Origin: Alphaproteobacteria bacterium
Lineage (GTDB): Bacteria > Pseudomonadota > Alphaproteobacteria > MPNO01 > UBA830
Assembly: GCA_965243135.1 (NCBI GenBank)
Contig: OZ251539.1
Span: 1 to 64,000, forward strand
DNA length: 64,000 nt
Reading direction: 5' to 3'
How positions within the stretch are numbered: the stretch's first letter is position 1; each line of letters starts with the position of its first letter. This document shows positions 10,550 to 21,939 of the stretch, piece by piece. A program made the translations under genes and the position numbers. The notes under the pieces are model-generated. The model worked only from the letters and a program-made list of their open reading frames with translations. It did not search any database and was not told the origin of the DNA.

Positions 10550-11565
10550 ATGAGCTTGCGGGCGTGCTGGACGACCTGCGGCGACGCGTTGTCGATCGCC
10601 TTCTTGACGATCTCCTGGATTCTTGCGCCGCTGGAGGGGATCAGGCGCAACCTGCGTTTCTTGAGCTCGGCCGCGAACTCCGGATCGGCGTTCATCTTGT
10701 CGAACGCGGAGCGAAGCGTCTTCACCGTTTCCGGGTCGACGCCCGGCGGCAGGGCGAGGCCGCGGCCCAGCAATCCGAGAACCTTGATGAAATCCACGGC
10801 CTTCCGGTCCATCTCGTCGGTCACGAGGTCGGAGATCATCGGCACCGATTCGGGAAGGTCGGGGTCGCGGAACACGCCGATCTGGACGATCGGGCGGGCG
10901 AACGGCTTGTCGCCCTCGAACCAGTGCGGGACCTTGGAGGCCCAGGCCAGCCAGTTGAAGGCCGCCATCTGGGTCTCGCCGCGCTCGACGGCGAGGATGG
11001 ATTTCGACGATCCCTTGTAGCCGGTGACCATTTTGACCTTGTACCCGAACAGCCCCTTGAGGAGTTGCGGGAAAATGTATCCGGTCGAGGACTTGCCGCT
11101 CGTGCTTCCGATGACGTTCTTGGCCTTCATGTCGTCGAGCTTCGCGATCCCCGTATCCGTTCTGACGACCATGACGATGTTGGTCTGGTTGCTCGAACCC
11201 AGCCAGATGAACCGGCGGGCGTCGAAACGCATCTTCTCGGGTCGCATGAGCTGGTTGATGACGGCGTTGTCGAGCGGCACGATCATGTTGAGACCGTCCT
11301 TCGGCATCACGTTGTAGGCCCAGTTCATGGCCTTGACTCCGCCGGCTCCGGGCATGTGCTGAAGAATGATGTTGGGATTGCCCGGAATGTGCTTGCCGAG
11401 ATAGTTGGAGAAGGTGACTCCGTATTTGTCGTAGGTGCCGCCGGGTCCGTAGGGAATCACGATCTTGATCGTCTTGCCCTCGAAACTCGTGGCCGCCCAT
11501 GCCGGGCCGGCGACCGTCAGCGCCGCGACTGCGGCCAGTCCCGCGGCTATCGTTTTTGCGCGCAT
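10531..11565 (-). CDS. Tripartite tricarboxylate transporter substrate-binding protein (Bug/TctC family)
   Basis: Signal peptide, [34 protein letters not shown]. Confidence 0.88.
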   Translation of the reverse strand: MRAKTIAAGLAAVAALTVAGPAWAATSFEGKTIKIVIPYGPGGTYDKYGVTFSNYLGKHIPGNPNIILQHMPGAGGVKAMNWAYNVMPKDGLNMIVPLDNAVINQLMRPEKMRFDARRFIWLGSSNQTNIVMVVRTDTGIAKLDDMKAKNVIGSTSGKSSTGYIFPQLLKGLFGYKVKMVTGYKGSSKSILAVERGETQMAAFNWLAWASKVPHWFEGDKPFARPIVQIGVFRDPDLPESVPMISDLVTDEMDRKAVDFIKVLGLLGRGLALPPGVDPETVKTLRSAFDKMNADPEFAAELKKRRLRLIPSSGARIQEIVKKAIDNASPQVVQHARKLIYGGES

Positions 11566-11778
11566 ATCTGCCTCCGTGCTGGACCTGCATCCTGCGCAGG
11601 ACGGCCGCATTCAACGAGGAAACGCGCGCGATTGTCAATCTCCGGGCATGGCGCCGCCCGGCGGCGGCCGTCGCAGGAAGTCGAGCGGGCGTCGGGCAGC
11701 GGAGGTCGCTTTCGGCGGGGGACTCGACTTTTCCCGGAACGGGCGCTATATTCGGCGCGCATCGTGACGGAGCCAGTA

Positions 11779-12048
11779 ATGTCGATTACGCAGCAGCGCA
11801 AAGAGGAGCTGATCCGGGAGTACGCCACCGGAGAAAGCGACACCGGTTCGCCGGAGGTGCAGGTTGCCATCCTTTCGGAGCGCATTCGCAACCTCACCGA
11901 GCATCTGAAGGAGCACAAGAAGGATTTTCATTCGCGCCGCGGCCTGCTGACGATGGTGGGCCGCCGCCGCCGCCTGCTGGATTATCTCAAGCGCAGCAAC
12001 GAAGCGCGGTACGGAACCCTTATCGAGCGTCTGGGTCTGCGGCGCTGA
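11779..12048 (+). CDS. rpsO: 30S ribosomal protein S15
   Basis: [41 protein letters not shown] (89 aa). Confidence 0.98.
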   Translation: MSITQQRKEELIREYATGESDTGSPEVQVAILSERIRNLTEHLKEHKKDFHSRRGLLTMVGRRRRLLDYLKRSNEARYGTLIERLGLRR

Positions 12049-12211
12049 TGAATGCGCACGCCGGATCCCCGGCGCAGGAACAGCGATGAATGTCAAGCGG
12101 CCATGGGGGCCGCGCAAAGTCCGCCCGGCTGCCGGGAGGCCGCGTCGCAGCGCGACGTGACGCATGGCCTTGGCGCATGGGAGCGCCGGGCCTGAGGAAG
12201 GAAGCGAGAAG

Positions 12212-14338
12212 ATGTTCTCAGTACATCGCAAGGAGATCGAATGGGGCGGGCGCGCGCTCGCGCTCGAAACCGGAAAGGTGGCCCGCCAGGCCGACGGAGC
12301 CGTCATGGTCACCTACGGCGGCACCACGGTTCTCTGTACGGTCGTGGCGGAAAATTCGCCGAGGCCCGGCATAGATTTTTTTCCGCTGACCGTGAATTAC
12401 CAGGAAAAGTCGTTCGCCGCCGGAAAGATTCCCGGCGGTTTTTTCAAGCGCGAAGGCCGCCCCTCGGAAAAGGAGACGCTTACCTCGCGGTTGATCGACC
12501 GGCCGATCCGGCCGCTGTTCGCCAAGGGCTTCCGCAACGAGACGCAGGTCATCTGCACCGTGCTGGCGCATGACCTCGAAAACGATCCCGACATCGTCGC
12601 CCTGGTCGGCGCGTCGGCCGCGCTGACCATTTCGGGGATTCCCTTCATGGGCCCGATCGGCGCCGCGCGGGTCGCTTACGTCGACGGCAGGTACGCGCTG
12701 AATCCGACGCCGGAGCAGCTCGCCGCCTCGGATCTCGACATGGTGGTGGCGGGCACTGCGGACGCGGTGAACATGGTGGAGTCCGAGGCCAACGAGCTGT
12801 CCGAGAACGTGATGCTCGGGGCGGTCATGTTCGCTCATCGCGAGTTCCGGCCGGTCATCGACCTGATCGTCGGCCTTGCGGAGGAGTGCGCGAAGGAGCC
12901 GTGGAACCTTCCGGCCCAGGCGGACGACGACGAGGAACTGCGCGCCCGCCTTCGGCAGTCCGCCGAGGCGTCCTTGCGGGACGCCTACGCCGAGACCGTC
13001 AAGCAGGCCCGCGTCGAGAAGGTGGCCGAGGCCAAGGCCGCCGCGCTTCGCGGCTTCGAGGACGGCGACGAGGCCGAGCGCGCCGCCGCTCTGATAAAGG
13101 ACGTCGAAAAGGACATCGTTCGCCGCGCCATACTCGATTCGAGCAAGCGCATCGACGGCCGCGACCTGACGGGAGTGCGTCCCATCGAGGCCGAGGTCGG
13201 CGTTCTGCCGCGGGCGCACGGTTCGGCGTTGTTCACCCGGGGAGAGACCCAGGCGATCGCGACCGCCACGTTGGGCACCGGCCAGGACGAGCAGATCGTG
13301 GACGCCCTGGAAGGCGAGTATCGCGAGCACTTCATGCTGCACTACAACTTTCCGCCCTATTCGGTGGGCGAGGCCAGCATGCTGCGTTCGCCCGGCCGCC
13401 GCGAAATCGGCCACGGGAAGCTCGCCTGGAGGGCGATCCGGGCGCTGTTGCCCGGCAAGGAGGACTTCCCCTACACCTTGCGGGTGGTTTCCGAGATCAC
13501 CGAGTCGAACGGCTCTTCGTCGATGGCCACGGTATGCGGCGCCTCGCTGTCGCTCATGGACGCCGGCGTCCCGCTGCGCCGTCCGTGCGCGGGCATCGCG
13601 ATGGGCCTGATCAAGGAGGGAGACAGTTTCGCCGTGCTCTCCGACATTCTCGGCGACGAGGACCATCTCGGCGACATGGATTTCAAGGTCGCCGGCACGG
13701 AACGGGGCATCACCGCGCTGCAGATGGACATCAAGATCACCGGGATCACCGAAGAGATCATGAAGGTCGCGCTCGAGCAGGCTCACGACGGGCGGCTTCA
13801 CATTCTCGGCGAGATGGCGCGGGCGCTCGTGCAGTCGCGGGAGGAGGTCAGCCAGTTCGCGCCGCGCATTTCGACGCTCAGCATCCCGACGGACAAGATT
13901 CGCGAGCTGATCGGCCCTGGCGGCAAGGTCATCCGCGAAATCTGCGAGCAGACCGGCGCCAAGATCGACATCGAGGACGACGGCACGGTCAAGGTCGCGT
14001 CCGTGGACAGCGCCGCCAGCGACGCCGCCATAGACTGGATCAAGTCGATCGTCGCGGAGCCGGAGGTCGGCGCGATCTACACCGGCAAGGTGGTGAAGGT
14101 CGTCGATTTCGGCGCGTTCGTGAACTTCATGGGGACGCGGGACGGTCTGGTTCACGTTTCCGAGCTTCAGAACCGCCGGGTTCCGAAGGTCACCGACGTC
14201 GTCAACGAGGGCGACGAGGTGAAGGTGAAGGTCCTCGCGATCGACGATCGCGGCAAGGTCCGCCTTTCCATGAAGGTGGTCGACCAGCGGACCGGGCAGG
14301 ACCTGTCGAAGCGGGACGACCGCGCGGCGGCGTCCTGA
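12212..14338 (+). CDS. pnp: Polyribonucleotide nucleotidyltransferase
   Basis: [40 protein letters not shown] and S1 domains; follows rpsO. Confidence 0.98.
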   Translation: MFSVHRKEIEWGGRALALETGKVARQADGAVMVTYGGTTVLCTVVAENSPRPGIDFFPLTVNYQEKSFAAGKIPGGFFKREGRPSEKETLTSRLIDRPIRPLFAKGFRNETQVICTVLAHDLENDPDIVALVGASAALTISGIPFMGPIGAARVAYVDGRYALNPTPEQLAASDLDMVVAGTADAVNMVESEANELSENVMLGAVMFAHREFRPVIDLIVGLAEECAKEPWNLPAQADDDEELRARLRQSAEASLRDAYAETVKQARVEKVAEAKAAALRGFEDGDEAERAAALIKDVEKDIVRRAILDSSKRIDGRDLTGVRPIEAEVGVLPRAHGSALFTRGETQAIATATLGTGQDEQIVDALEGEYREHFMLHYNFPPYSVGEASMLRSPGRREIGHGKLAWRAIRALLPGKEDFPYTLRVVSEITESNGSSSMATVCGASLSLMDAGVPLRRPCAGIAMGLIKEGDSFAVLSDILGDEDHLGDMDFKVAGTERGITALQMDIKITGITEEIMKVALEQAHDGRLHILGEMARALVQSREEVSQFAPRISTLSIPTDKIRELIGPGGKVIREICEQTGAKIDIEDDGTVKVASVDSAASDAAIDWIKSIVAEPEVGAIYTGKVVKVVDFGAFVNFMGTRDGLVHVSELQNRRVPKVTDVVNEGDEVKVKVLAIDDRGKVRLSMKVVDQRTGQDLSKRDDRAAAS

Positions 14339-14425
14339 ATCTTCCGGCCGGGACTGGTCGTTTGAGGATCGCTTCATATACTTGACTCGCAGGGTCCGTC
14401 CGACTCGGGCGGATCCTGGATTTCA

Positions 14426-15841
14426 GTGTACGGGAGACCGGTCCTGAGGCCATTGGTTCCGCTCCGCATTTCGGGCATGGAAGCGCTTCCGCTCGTCGAG
14501 GGGGGCAAGGGAATCTCCGTGTCCAACGGGGAAAGCTCCGGCGCCTGGGCGGCGACAGGGGGCGTGGGCACGTTTTCCGGCGTCAATGCGGACGCCTTCG
14601 ACGAGAACGGCAAGTTGATACCCGTCAGGTACAGCGGTCGCAGCCGCCGCGACCGGCACGAGGAATTGCTGGCCTACGCCATACAGGGCGGGATCGCTCA
14701 GGCCCGGATCGCGCACGACGTGTCCGGCGGCGGCGGCCGCATTCACATGAACGTCCTGTGGGAGATGGCCGGCGCGGAACGCGTGCTTCACGGCGTGCTC
14801 GCCGGCGCGCGCGGGCTCATTCACGGCGTGACGTGCGGCGCCGGCATGCCCTACCGGATAAGCGGCATCGCCGCCCGGTACGGGGTCTACTATTACCCCA
14901 TCGTTTCCTCGGCGCGCGCGTTCCGCGCCCTCTGGAAGCGCGCGTACCACAGGTTTCCGGACTGGCTCGGCGGGGTGGTGTACGAAGACCCGTGGCGCGC
15001 CGGCGGACACAACGGGCTGTCCAACAGCGAGAATCCCGAAAATCCCGAGGATCCGCGTCCCCGAGTGGTCGATCTGCGGCGCGTGATGAACGCCACGGGA
15101 TTGCAGGACGTGCCAATCATCATGGCGGGCGGCGTCTGGCATCTGCGCGAATGGGAGGACTGGATCGACGATCCCGACATCGCGCCCGTGGCGTTCCAGT
15201 TCGGCACGCGCCCGCTGCTGACGAAGGAAAGCCCCATCTCGGACGAGTGGAAGCGCAGGCTGCTCGATCTCAAGGAAGGCGACGTTTTCCTCAACCGTTA
15301 CAGTCCGACCGGATTCTATTCGTCGGCCGTGCGCAACGCGTTTCTGAACGAGCTGAAGGAACGATCCGAACGGCAAGTCGCCTATTCCGAAGAGCCAGTG
15401 GGCTCGCTGGACCGGGAATTGCGCATCGGGCCTCGCGGACGAAGGATCTTCGTCGCCGAGGCCGATCGAAAGCAGATCGACGGCTGGAACGCGAAGGGTT
15501 TCTCGGAGGGCATGCGGACTCCCGATTCCACGGTGATCTTCGTCTCGCCCGAAAAAGGCAGGGAAATTCGCGCGGATCAGGTCAATTGCATGGGCTGCCT
15601 TTCGCAATGCCAGTTCTCGAACTGGTCGCAGGGCGAGTCCGGAACCACCGGTCGCCGTCCCGATCCGCGATCCTACTGCATTCAGAAAACGCTTCAGGAC
15701 ATCGCTCACGACGGAGACGTCAACCGGCAGCTCATGTTCGCCGGGCACAACGCCTTCAAGTTCAGGGACGACCCCTTTTACGCCGACGGCTTCATTCCGA
15801 CCGTAAGGCAACTCGTCCAGCAGTTGCACACCGGGAACTGA
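14426..15841 (+). CDS. Nitronate monooxygenase-like NAD(P)H flavin oxidoreductase
   Basis: PLVEGGKG, CGAGMPY, YEDPWRAGGHNG, AGGVW, FQFGTR, C-terminal CMGCLSQC. The true start may be CTG 14444. Confidence 0.85.
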   Translation: MYGRPVLRPLVPLRISGMEALPLVEGGKGISVSNGESSGAWAATGGVGTFSGVNADAFDENGKLIPVRYSGRSRRDRHEELLAYAIQGGIAQARIAHDVSGGGGRIHMNVLWEMAGAERVLHGVLAGARGLIHGVTCGAGMPYRISGIAARYGVYYYPIVSSARAFRALWKRAYHRFPDWLGGVVYEDPWRAGGHNGLSNSENPENPEDPRPRVVDLRRVMNATGLQDVPIIMAGGVWHLREWEDWIDDPDIAPVAFQFGTRPLLTKESPISDEWKRRLLDLKEGDVFLNRYSPTGFYSSAVRNAFLNELKERSERQVAYSEEPVGSLDRELRIGPRGRRIFVAEADRKQIDGWNAKGFSEGMRTPDSTVIFVSPEKGREIRADQVNCMGCLSQCQFSNWSQGESGTTGRRPDPRSYCIQKTLQDIAHDGDVNRQLMFAGHNAFKFRDDPFYADGFIPTVRQLVQQLHTGN

Positions 15842-15894
15842 AAACCGAAACTCCTGCGCCGCCCATAGCTTCTCGAAACGCAGGCGGCTTTCAA

Positions 15895-16010
15895 GGGGCC
15901 GGAATTTCTTTCGCCCCGGTTCGGGCGCGGAAAACTGCGGGTTTTCCAGCCCGAGACCGTTTCCGCAGATTCCGCTCCAGGCTGGCTCCGGGCGTCGCTC
16001 CCGCGGCATG
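15895..16010. repeat. Dispersed ~115-bp non-coding repeat, copy A
   Basis: ggggccggaatttctttcgccccggttcgggcgcggaaaactgcg..ccgaga..cgcagattcc aligns by eye to 42452-42570. Confidence 0.55.
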
Positions 16011-16324
16011 AAGCAGCTGCGCCTTGGCCTCGCGACGGTCGCGGTGCCGGTCACCTGCGGGCCGAACGCGAGAACGGCCAGCTGACAAGCGCAGCGCGAA
16101 CGTCTCTTGCTGCGGCGGCATCGACGGGCGCGTCGGCACGCGATGTTCGGTGGCCGGGCGGACAAGGCTGCCGTTCCAGCACGGCATTTGCGCTCTTTGC
16201 CGAGGGCGCTCCGTAACATCGATCATGGCGCACCCTCAAGTCTCGGACGCCACGCCGCCCATGGGGTTTCCCTCCACGCAACGCACAGGCAGGGCAAGCT
16301 TCTGCGCCTAATCCGGTGCCGGGG

Positions 16325-16353
16325 TTGACGCAAAGATCCGCTGCGCCTACGCT
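16325..16353 (+). promoter_or_regulatory. sigma70-type promoter for PD-(D/E)XK gene
   Basis: TTGACG-17 nt-TACGCT. Confidence 0.55.
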
Positions 16354-16394
16354 CGAAACGACTGTCGCTTCGACGTGAGGGTGCGAGAAGGAAG

Positions 16395-17609
16395 ATGAAC
16401 GACGAGCGGGCGCAGCTGGGGTCGGCAGCACTGCTGTTGAAAGACGCAGCCATTTTGTACGCGAGCTATGGAGCGGGTCGTCCAGAGCCTTTCAACGTGT
16501 TTACCGTCCTGCGCAGCGAGAGCGACGAAGTCAAACTTCATTCCCGGTTTCTGGCCGCTCTGCTGGGCCATCGGAGCGAGGAAGGGGCGGCGAATCTGCA
16601 TGACTTCATGGGATGCGTGGAAAAAGTCGCTTCCGGACCGCTGCTCGACTTCGCGCTCAAGGGCGTGAAAGTCGAGCGCGAACGCGACTACATCGATATT
16701 CTGATCACGAACGATTGCGGACAGGCTCTGGCGATCGAGAATAAAATCCACGCTGAAGATCGAGATCAACAGCTGAAAGGATACGATGATAAATTAGAGA
16801 AGCAGGGATATAAAAAAGAGGACGTACACATACTGTACTTGGCGATCGACGGTCGCAAGCCTTCCGAGAACAGCGTGAAATGTCTCAGTGAAGAAGCATA
16901 TACCTCGCTCTCTTACGAGGCTATTCTCCCTTGGCTTGAGCGTTGCCGGAAACGGGGCTATGGCGAACCCGAACTGCGGGAGTCCATTGCACAGTATTCA
17001 CGCCTGATAAAGAGGATGACAGGCAATGATAGAAGGAGTGAACTCATGAAAGAGTTGAAGGAACTTTGCATGCGGGACGACAACTTCCTTGTCGCTCATC
17101 ATTTGGCAGAAGCCCTGATTCATGCCAAGGCTTCTCTGATGCACGAAATGTGGGAGAAGATAGGGGTTGACCTAAAAGGTAAGCTGAATGGGAATATAGA
17201 TCTGATAGAGAAGTCATCGGATATTTCCGAGGACGCGATTAAAGATGTCGTACGAAGAGGAGGCGGAAGCATTCAACTGTGTTATTCATTTGGTCGTGAA
17301 CCTGCCTATTTGTGCGTTGAGGCGAATCGTGAACTGGGTTTTATCGTTGGCGTCGGGTATGAGGAAGATACAGAAAAATTCTACGAAATCAGGCGCAGAC
17401 TTCAGAATAAATTCGGTCCGCAAAGAGATCATCGTGCTTGGTGGCCATGGTGTCGCGTCCTGCAGCGTGATGGAACAGGCCTGAACTTGAATGGCATTGA
17501 AAAATTGTCGAACGATGAGACCAGAAACGAGCTAGCGAAAGATATTGCGAAATCCGCTGGCGAAGAATTGAATGCCATTTACGATGAACTCAGTTCTGCG
17601 AATTCTTGA
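16395..17609 (+). CDS. PD-(D/E)XK nuclease superfamily protein (PDDEXK_4-like)
   Basis: FNVFTVL..EVKLHSRFLAALL, IDILI, AIENKI.AEDRDQQL.GY; visibly AT-richer than its neighbours. Confidence 0.82.
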   Translation: MNDERAQLGSAALLLKDAAILYASYGAGRPEPFNVFTVLRSESDEVKLHSRFLAALLGHRSEEGAANLHDFMGCVEKVASGPLLDFALKGVKVERERDYIDILITNDCGQALAIENKIHAEDRDQQLKGYDDKLEKQGYKKEDVHILYLAIDGRKPSENSVKCLSEEAYTSLSYEAILPWLERCRKRGYGEPELRESIAQYSRLIKRMTGNDRRSELMKELKELCMRDDNFLVAHHLAEALIHAKASLMHEMWEKIGVDLKGKLNGNIDLIEKSSDISEDAIKDVVRRGGGSIQLCYSFGREPAYLCVEANRELGFIVGVGYEEDTEKFYEIRRRLQNKFGPQRDHRAWWPWCRVLQRDGTGLNLNGIEKLSNDETRNELAKDIAKSAGEELNAIYDELSSANS

Positions 17610-18039
17610 GAACTATCATCGGAAAGAACGTTCGCAGACCACAGTGGGACGAACGCGATCGGCTGCATGACATCAAGAGTATGACGCACGGCTTATCGGC
17701 AGGTTTTCCCGGATAAGCAGGAACCGTATCGCGAAAAGCTGTCCCAGCGGCGTTCCGCAGGAGAGGGACTTCGAGGCGTGCGCTTCGCGGGGCCGCGCTG
17801 CCGACGGCGGAAGCTTCTCGGCGGCCAGAGAGGTCCTACTTTGCGTTGCATTTCCGGGTTTCCGGTTTCGCTTTCGCGAGCCGCTTCGGTTGATGGCTTC
17901 GAACGAGCCTTCGACATGGTTTTTGGCGGCGGAAGTCCGCTTGCTCGACCGGACGAGGGGGCGCTCTTGTTCGACGGAACCGTTGCCTGACGTTCAGGCG
18001 TTTCGCCGCTTGCGGCGCATTTCGTCGCACGCGGCTCTC

Positions 18040-18296
18040 CGGCGGCGAACCAACATAGGGGCGGCGAGGCCTGCCGCGACAATCGTCCTGGTTTCGAGGC
18101 GCGAGGCTTTCCCTGGCGAGGGCGCTTGCCGTCGCGTTGCGTCGGCCCTGGTTTCCGCGGCGAGGGCGTCGATCTTGCCGTCGAGGCTCGCGAAGCCGGC
18201 GTCGACATCGTTGTCGACGCGCATCGCCTTTGGCGGCGGCGCCTTCCGCCCGCGGCCTCCAGGCCGCGCGTCGAGCGTGTCGAACGCGCTCGCCTC
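18040..18296 (-). pseudogene. Decayed DUF1640/CCDC90-like coiled-coil gene (copy 1)
   Basis: Frameshifted fragments SAFDTLDA / LEAAG / DAGFASLDGKIDALAAETRAD / LETRTIVAAGLAA. Confidence 0.6.
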
Positions 18297-18427
18297 AGCG
18301 GGGCTTCCGCGGAGCGACAGGTTCGCTCGCCCCCGCGCTTTTCCCCGCTGGCCGCTCGTGCCGCCGCGGAAACTGCCGACTGCTTGCCGCGCCAGGGGAC
18401 GCAGACAGGCCTGCCGCCGCCGACTTC

Positions 18428-18456
18428 TTGACGGTTCCGGCGCGGCGGTCTACTCT
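18428..18456 (+). promoter_or_regulatory. Predicted leaderless sigma70 promoter of AAA gene (repeated before all six paralogs)
   Basis: TTGACG-17-TACTCT-6 nt-ATG (TACCCT in the other copies); no Shine-Dalgarno. Confidence 0.7.
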
Positions 18457-18462
18457 CGCCGA

Positions 18463-19989
18463 ATGGCGAAACGCATGCTTCCGATCGGCATGACCTCCCT
18501 CTGGAAAATCCGGGGAGAGATGGACTGCTACTACGTCGACAAGACGGACCATGTGCGCCGCCTCGTCGAAGGAGGCGATTACTACTTCCTGTCGCGTCCG
18601 CGACGGTTCGGCAAGACCCTGCTGGTGGACACGCTGCAGGAGCTGTTCGAAGGAAGCGAGGAGTTGTTCCGGGGCCTCGCCGTGCACGACAAGTGGGACT
18701 GGTCGATACGTCATCCTGTCGTGCGGATCAGCTTCGGCGGGGGCAATTTCGACTCCCCGGATCTCATTCAGGGAAACGTGGAAGACCAGTTGGAGGAAAC
18801 GGAGCGGCTGGCCGGCCTCGAACCGGGCCCCGCCGGGGCGGCGGTCCGTTTCCGGCGCCTGATAAGGACGCTGCACGAACGCACCGGGCAGCGAACGGTC
18901 GTTCTGGTGGACGAGTACGACAAGCCGATTCTGGACGTGCTCGGCGACCGGGAGCTGGCGCTGGCCAACCGCGACTTCCTGCGCGGCTTCTACGCGATGA
19001 TCAAGGAGTGCGACAGGCATCTCCGTTTCGTTTTCCTGACGGGAGTGAGCAAGTTGTCGGGCCTGTTCTCGGGCCTGAACAACCTGCGCGACATCACGTT
19101 GGCGCCGGAGTTCTCGGACATTTGCGGCTGCACGGACGCGGAACTGGACGCGGTCTTCGCCCCGGAACTCGAGGGCCTGGACCGGGACGAGATCCGGCGC
19201 TGGTACAACGGCTACAACTGGCGCGGGCCGGAGAGGGTCTACAACCCGTTCGGCCTCCTGCTGCTGCTCGCCGAGCGCAGGTTCGGCAACTACTGGTTCG
19301 AGAGCGGCACGCCGACCTTCCTGGTCGAGACGCTGGCGCGCCGTAACCTGCCCACTCCTCGCCTGGACGGCATGATCGGCAGCGAGAGCCTGCTCTCGGC
19401 CTTCGACGTGGACAGGATGTCGGTCCAGGCCCTTCTGTTCCAGACCGGCTACCTCACCATCGCCGGCGAGGAGGACGGGCGCTACCGGCTGGGCTACCCG
19501 AACCTCGAGGTGCGCCAGAGCCTGGGCGAGGCCCTGCTGGAAGAACTGCTCCCGGACGAGGCCCGCGAGGAGACGGAGAACCTGCGGCTGGGCGAACTGC
19601 TGGAGGCGAACGACTTCAAGCGTCTCGAAACCCTGTTCCGCGGCGTTTTCGCCGCCATCCCGCACCAGTGGTACATGAACAGCCCGGTGTACGAGGCCCA
19701 CTATGCGAGCGTCATCCACAGCTGCTTCCTGATGGAGGGCCTCGAGCCGGTGGCCGAGGACAGCGGCAGCCGGGGGCGCGCCGACATGGCGATACGCGCC
19801 GGCGGGCGGGTCTACCTGTTCGAGTTCAAGGTGGTGGAGCGCGGACGGGAGGGGGTCGCGCTCGCGCAGCTGCGGGAGAAGGGCTATGCGGACAAGTACC
19901 GCCGTCTCGGACGTTCGGTCCACCTGATCGGGGTGGAGTTCAGCCGCGAGGAGCGCAACGTCGTCGGGTTCGATTGCGAGACTGCCTGA
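18463..19989 (+). CDS. AAA-ATPase-like + PD-(D/E)XK nuclease (PDDEXK_9/DUF1703-type), paralog 1
   Basis: YYVDKT, SRPRRFGKT Walker A, LVDEYDKP Walker B, WYNGYNW, YNPF, LLFQTGYLTI, RADM..FEFK..AQLREKGY. Confidence 0.92.
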   Translation: MAKRMLPIGMTSLWKIRGEMDCYYVDKTDHVRRLVEGGDYYFLSRPRRFGKTLLVDTLQELFEGSEELFRGLAVHDKWDWSIRHPVVRISFGGGNFDSPDLIQGNVEDQLEETERLAGLEPGPAGAAVRFRRLIRTLHERTGQRTVVLVDEYDKPILDVLGDRELALANRDFLRGFYAMIKECDRHLRFVFLTGVSKLSGLFSGLNNLRDITLAPEFSDICGCTDAELDAVFAPELEGLDRDEIRRWYNGYNWRGPERVYNPFGLLLLLAERRFGNYWFESGTPTFLVETLARRNLPTPRLDGMIGSESLLSAFDVDRMSVQALLFQTGYLTIAGEEDGRYRLGYPNLEVRQSLGEALLEELLPDEAREETENLRLGELLEANDFKRLETLFRGVFAAIPHQWYMNSPVYEAHYASVIHSCFLMEGLEPVAEDSGSRGRADMAIRAGGRVYLFEFKVVERGREGVALAQLREKGYADKYRRLGRSVHLIGVEFSREERNVVGFDCETA

Positions 19990-20247
19990 ACGGCTTCCCG
20001 TCACGGCCGCCTCCGCGAAAGAACGCCGCCCGCGGCCTCTAGGCTGCGCGTTGCGCGTGTCGCACGCGCTCGCCTCAGCGAGGCTTCCGCGGAGCGACAG
20101 GTTCGCTCGCCCCGCGCTTTTCCCCGCCGCCCGCCCGTGCCGCTGCGGAAACTGCCGGCTGCTTGTCGCACGACGCAGCGCGGGACGGGCCTGCCTCGCG
20201 GCTGCCGACTTCTTGACGGCTCCGGCGCGGCGGCCTACCCTCTTCAA

Positions 20248-21783
20248 ATGGCGAAACGCATGCTTCCGATCGGCTTTTCCTCCCTCAGGGAGATCCGGAG
20301 GATGGACTGCTACTACGTCGACAAGACGGATCACGCGCGCCGTCTCGTCGAGAGGGGCAAGTACTATTTCCTGTCGCGTCCGCGCCGGTTCGGCAAGACC
20401 CTGCTGGTGGACACGCTGCAGGAGCTGTTCGAAGGAAGCGAGGAGCTGTTCCGGGGCCTCGCCGTGCACGGCAGGTGGGACTGGTCGATACGTCATCCTG
20501 TCGTGCGGATCAGCTTCGGCGGGGGCAATTTCGACTCCCCGGACCTCGTTCGGAGCAACGTGGAAGACCAGTTGGAGGAAACGGAGCGGCTGGCCGGCCT
20601 CGAACCGGGTCCTGCCGGGGCGGCGGTCCGTTTCCGGCGCCTGATAAAGACGCTGCACGAGCGCACCGGGCAGCGGGCGGTCGTTCTGGTGGACGAATAC
20701 GACAAGCCGATCCTGGACGCGCTCGGCGACCGGGAACTGGCGGCGGCCAACCGCGACTTCCTGCGCGGCTTCTACGCGATGATCAAGGACTGCGACAGAC
20801 AGCTCCGTTTCGTTTTCCTGACGGGGGTGAGCAAGTTCTCGAAGGCCAGCCTGTTCTCTGGCCTGAACAACCTGATCGACGTCACGCTGGAGCCGGAATT
20901 CTCGGACATCTGCGGCTGCACGGACGCGGAACTGGACGCGGTCTTCGCCCCGGAACTCGAGGGCCTGGACCGGGACGAGGTCCGCCGCTGGTACAACGGC
21001 TACAACTGGCGCGGGCCGGAGAGGGTCTACAACCCGTTCGGCCTGCTGCTGCTGTTTCGGCGGCGCGAGTTCCGCCCGTACTGGTTCGAGAGCGGCACGC
21101 CGACCTTCCTGATCGAGACGCTGGCGCGCCGCAACCAGCCCACTCCCCGCCTGGACGGCATGATCGGCAGCGAGAGCCTGCTCTCGGCCTTCGACGTGGA
21201 CAGGGTCTCGGTCGAGGCGCTTCTGTTCCAGACCGGCTACCTCACCATCGTCGGCGAAGAGGGCAGGCGCTACAGGCTGGGCTACCCGAACCTCGAGGTG
21301 CGCCAGAGCCTGGGCGAGGCCCTGCTGGAAGAACTGCTCCCGGACGAGGCCCGCGAGGAGACGGAGAACCTGCGGCTGGGCGAACTGCTGGAGGCGAACG
21401 ACTTCAAGCGTCTCGAAACCCTGTTCCGCGGCGTTTTCGCCGCCATCCCGCACCAGTGGTACATGAACAGCCCGGTCGCGAAGTACGAGGCCCACTATGC
21501 GAGCGTCATCCACAGCTGCTTCCTGATGGAGGGCCTCGAGCCGGTGGCCGAGGACAGCGGCAGCCGGGGGCGCGCCGACATGGCGATCCGCGCCGGCGAG
21601 CGGGTCTACCTGTTCGAGTTCAAGGTGGTGGAGCGCGGACGGGAGGGGGTCGCGCTCGCGCAGCTGCGGGAGAAGGGCTATGCGGACAAGTACCGCCGTC
21701 TCGGACGTTCGGTCCACCTGATCGGGGTGGAGTTCAGCCGCGAGGAGCGCAACGTCGTCGGGTTCGATTGCGAGACTGCCTGA
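20248..21783 (+). CDS. AAA-ATPase-like + PD-(D/E)XK nuclease, paralog 2
   Basis: Same motifs as paralog 1. Confidence 0.92.
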   Translation: MAKRMLPIGFSSLREIRRMDCYYVDKTDHARRLVERGKYYFLSRPRRFGKTLLVDTLQELFEGSEELFRGLAVHGRWDWSIRHPVVRISFGGGNFDSPDLVRSNVEDQLEETERLAGLEPGPAGAAVRFRRLIKTLHERTGQRAVVLVDEYDKPILDALGDRELAAANRDFLRGFYAMIKDCDRQLRFVFLTGVSKFSKASLFSGLNNLIDVTLEPEFSDICGCTDAELDAVFAPELEGLDRDEVRRWYNGYNWRGPERVYNPFGLLLLFRRREFRPYWFESGTPTFLIETLARRNQPTPRLDGMIGSESLLSAFDVDRVSVEALLFQTGYLTIVGEEGRRYRLGYPNLEVRQSLGEALLEELLPDEAREETENLRLGELLEANDFKRLETLFRGVFAAIPHQWYMNSPVAKYEAHYASVIHSCFLMEGLEPVAEDSGSRGRADMAIRAGERVYLFEFKVVERGREGVALAQLREKGYADKYRRLGRSVHLIGVEFSREERNVVGFDCETA

Positions 21784-21939
21784 ACGGCTTCTCGTCACGG
21801 CCGCCTCCGCGAAAGAACGCCGCCCGCGGTTCGTCGCACGGCTTGACGGGCCGCCCGGCCGAAAAGGCCGCCTCGGGGCCGGCGGCGTTTCTCTGCAGGC
21901 TTCGCGGGCCGGCGCCCGTTCGACGATGCCGGGAGGCAA

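Noticed and set aside
8321-11638. Long shadow ORFs (8321-11638, 12218-14377, 18295-21939, 33334-37458, 48780-51896 and similar)
   Set aside because: They overlap well-recognised genes in other frames or strands and have no recognisable motifs
15842-16394. tRNA/tmRNA at the island border
   Set aside because: No cloverleaf, T-loop/CCA end or tag-peptide frame recognisable
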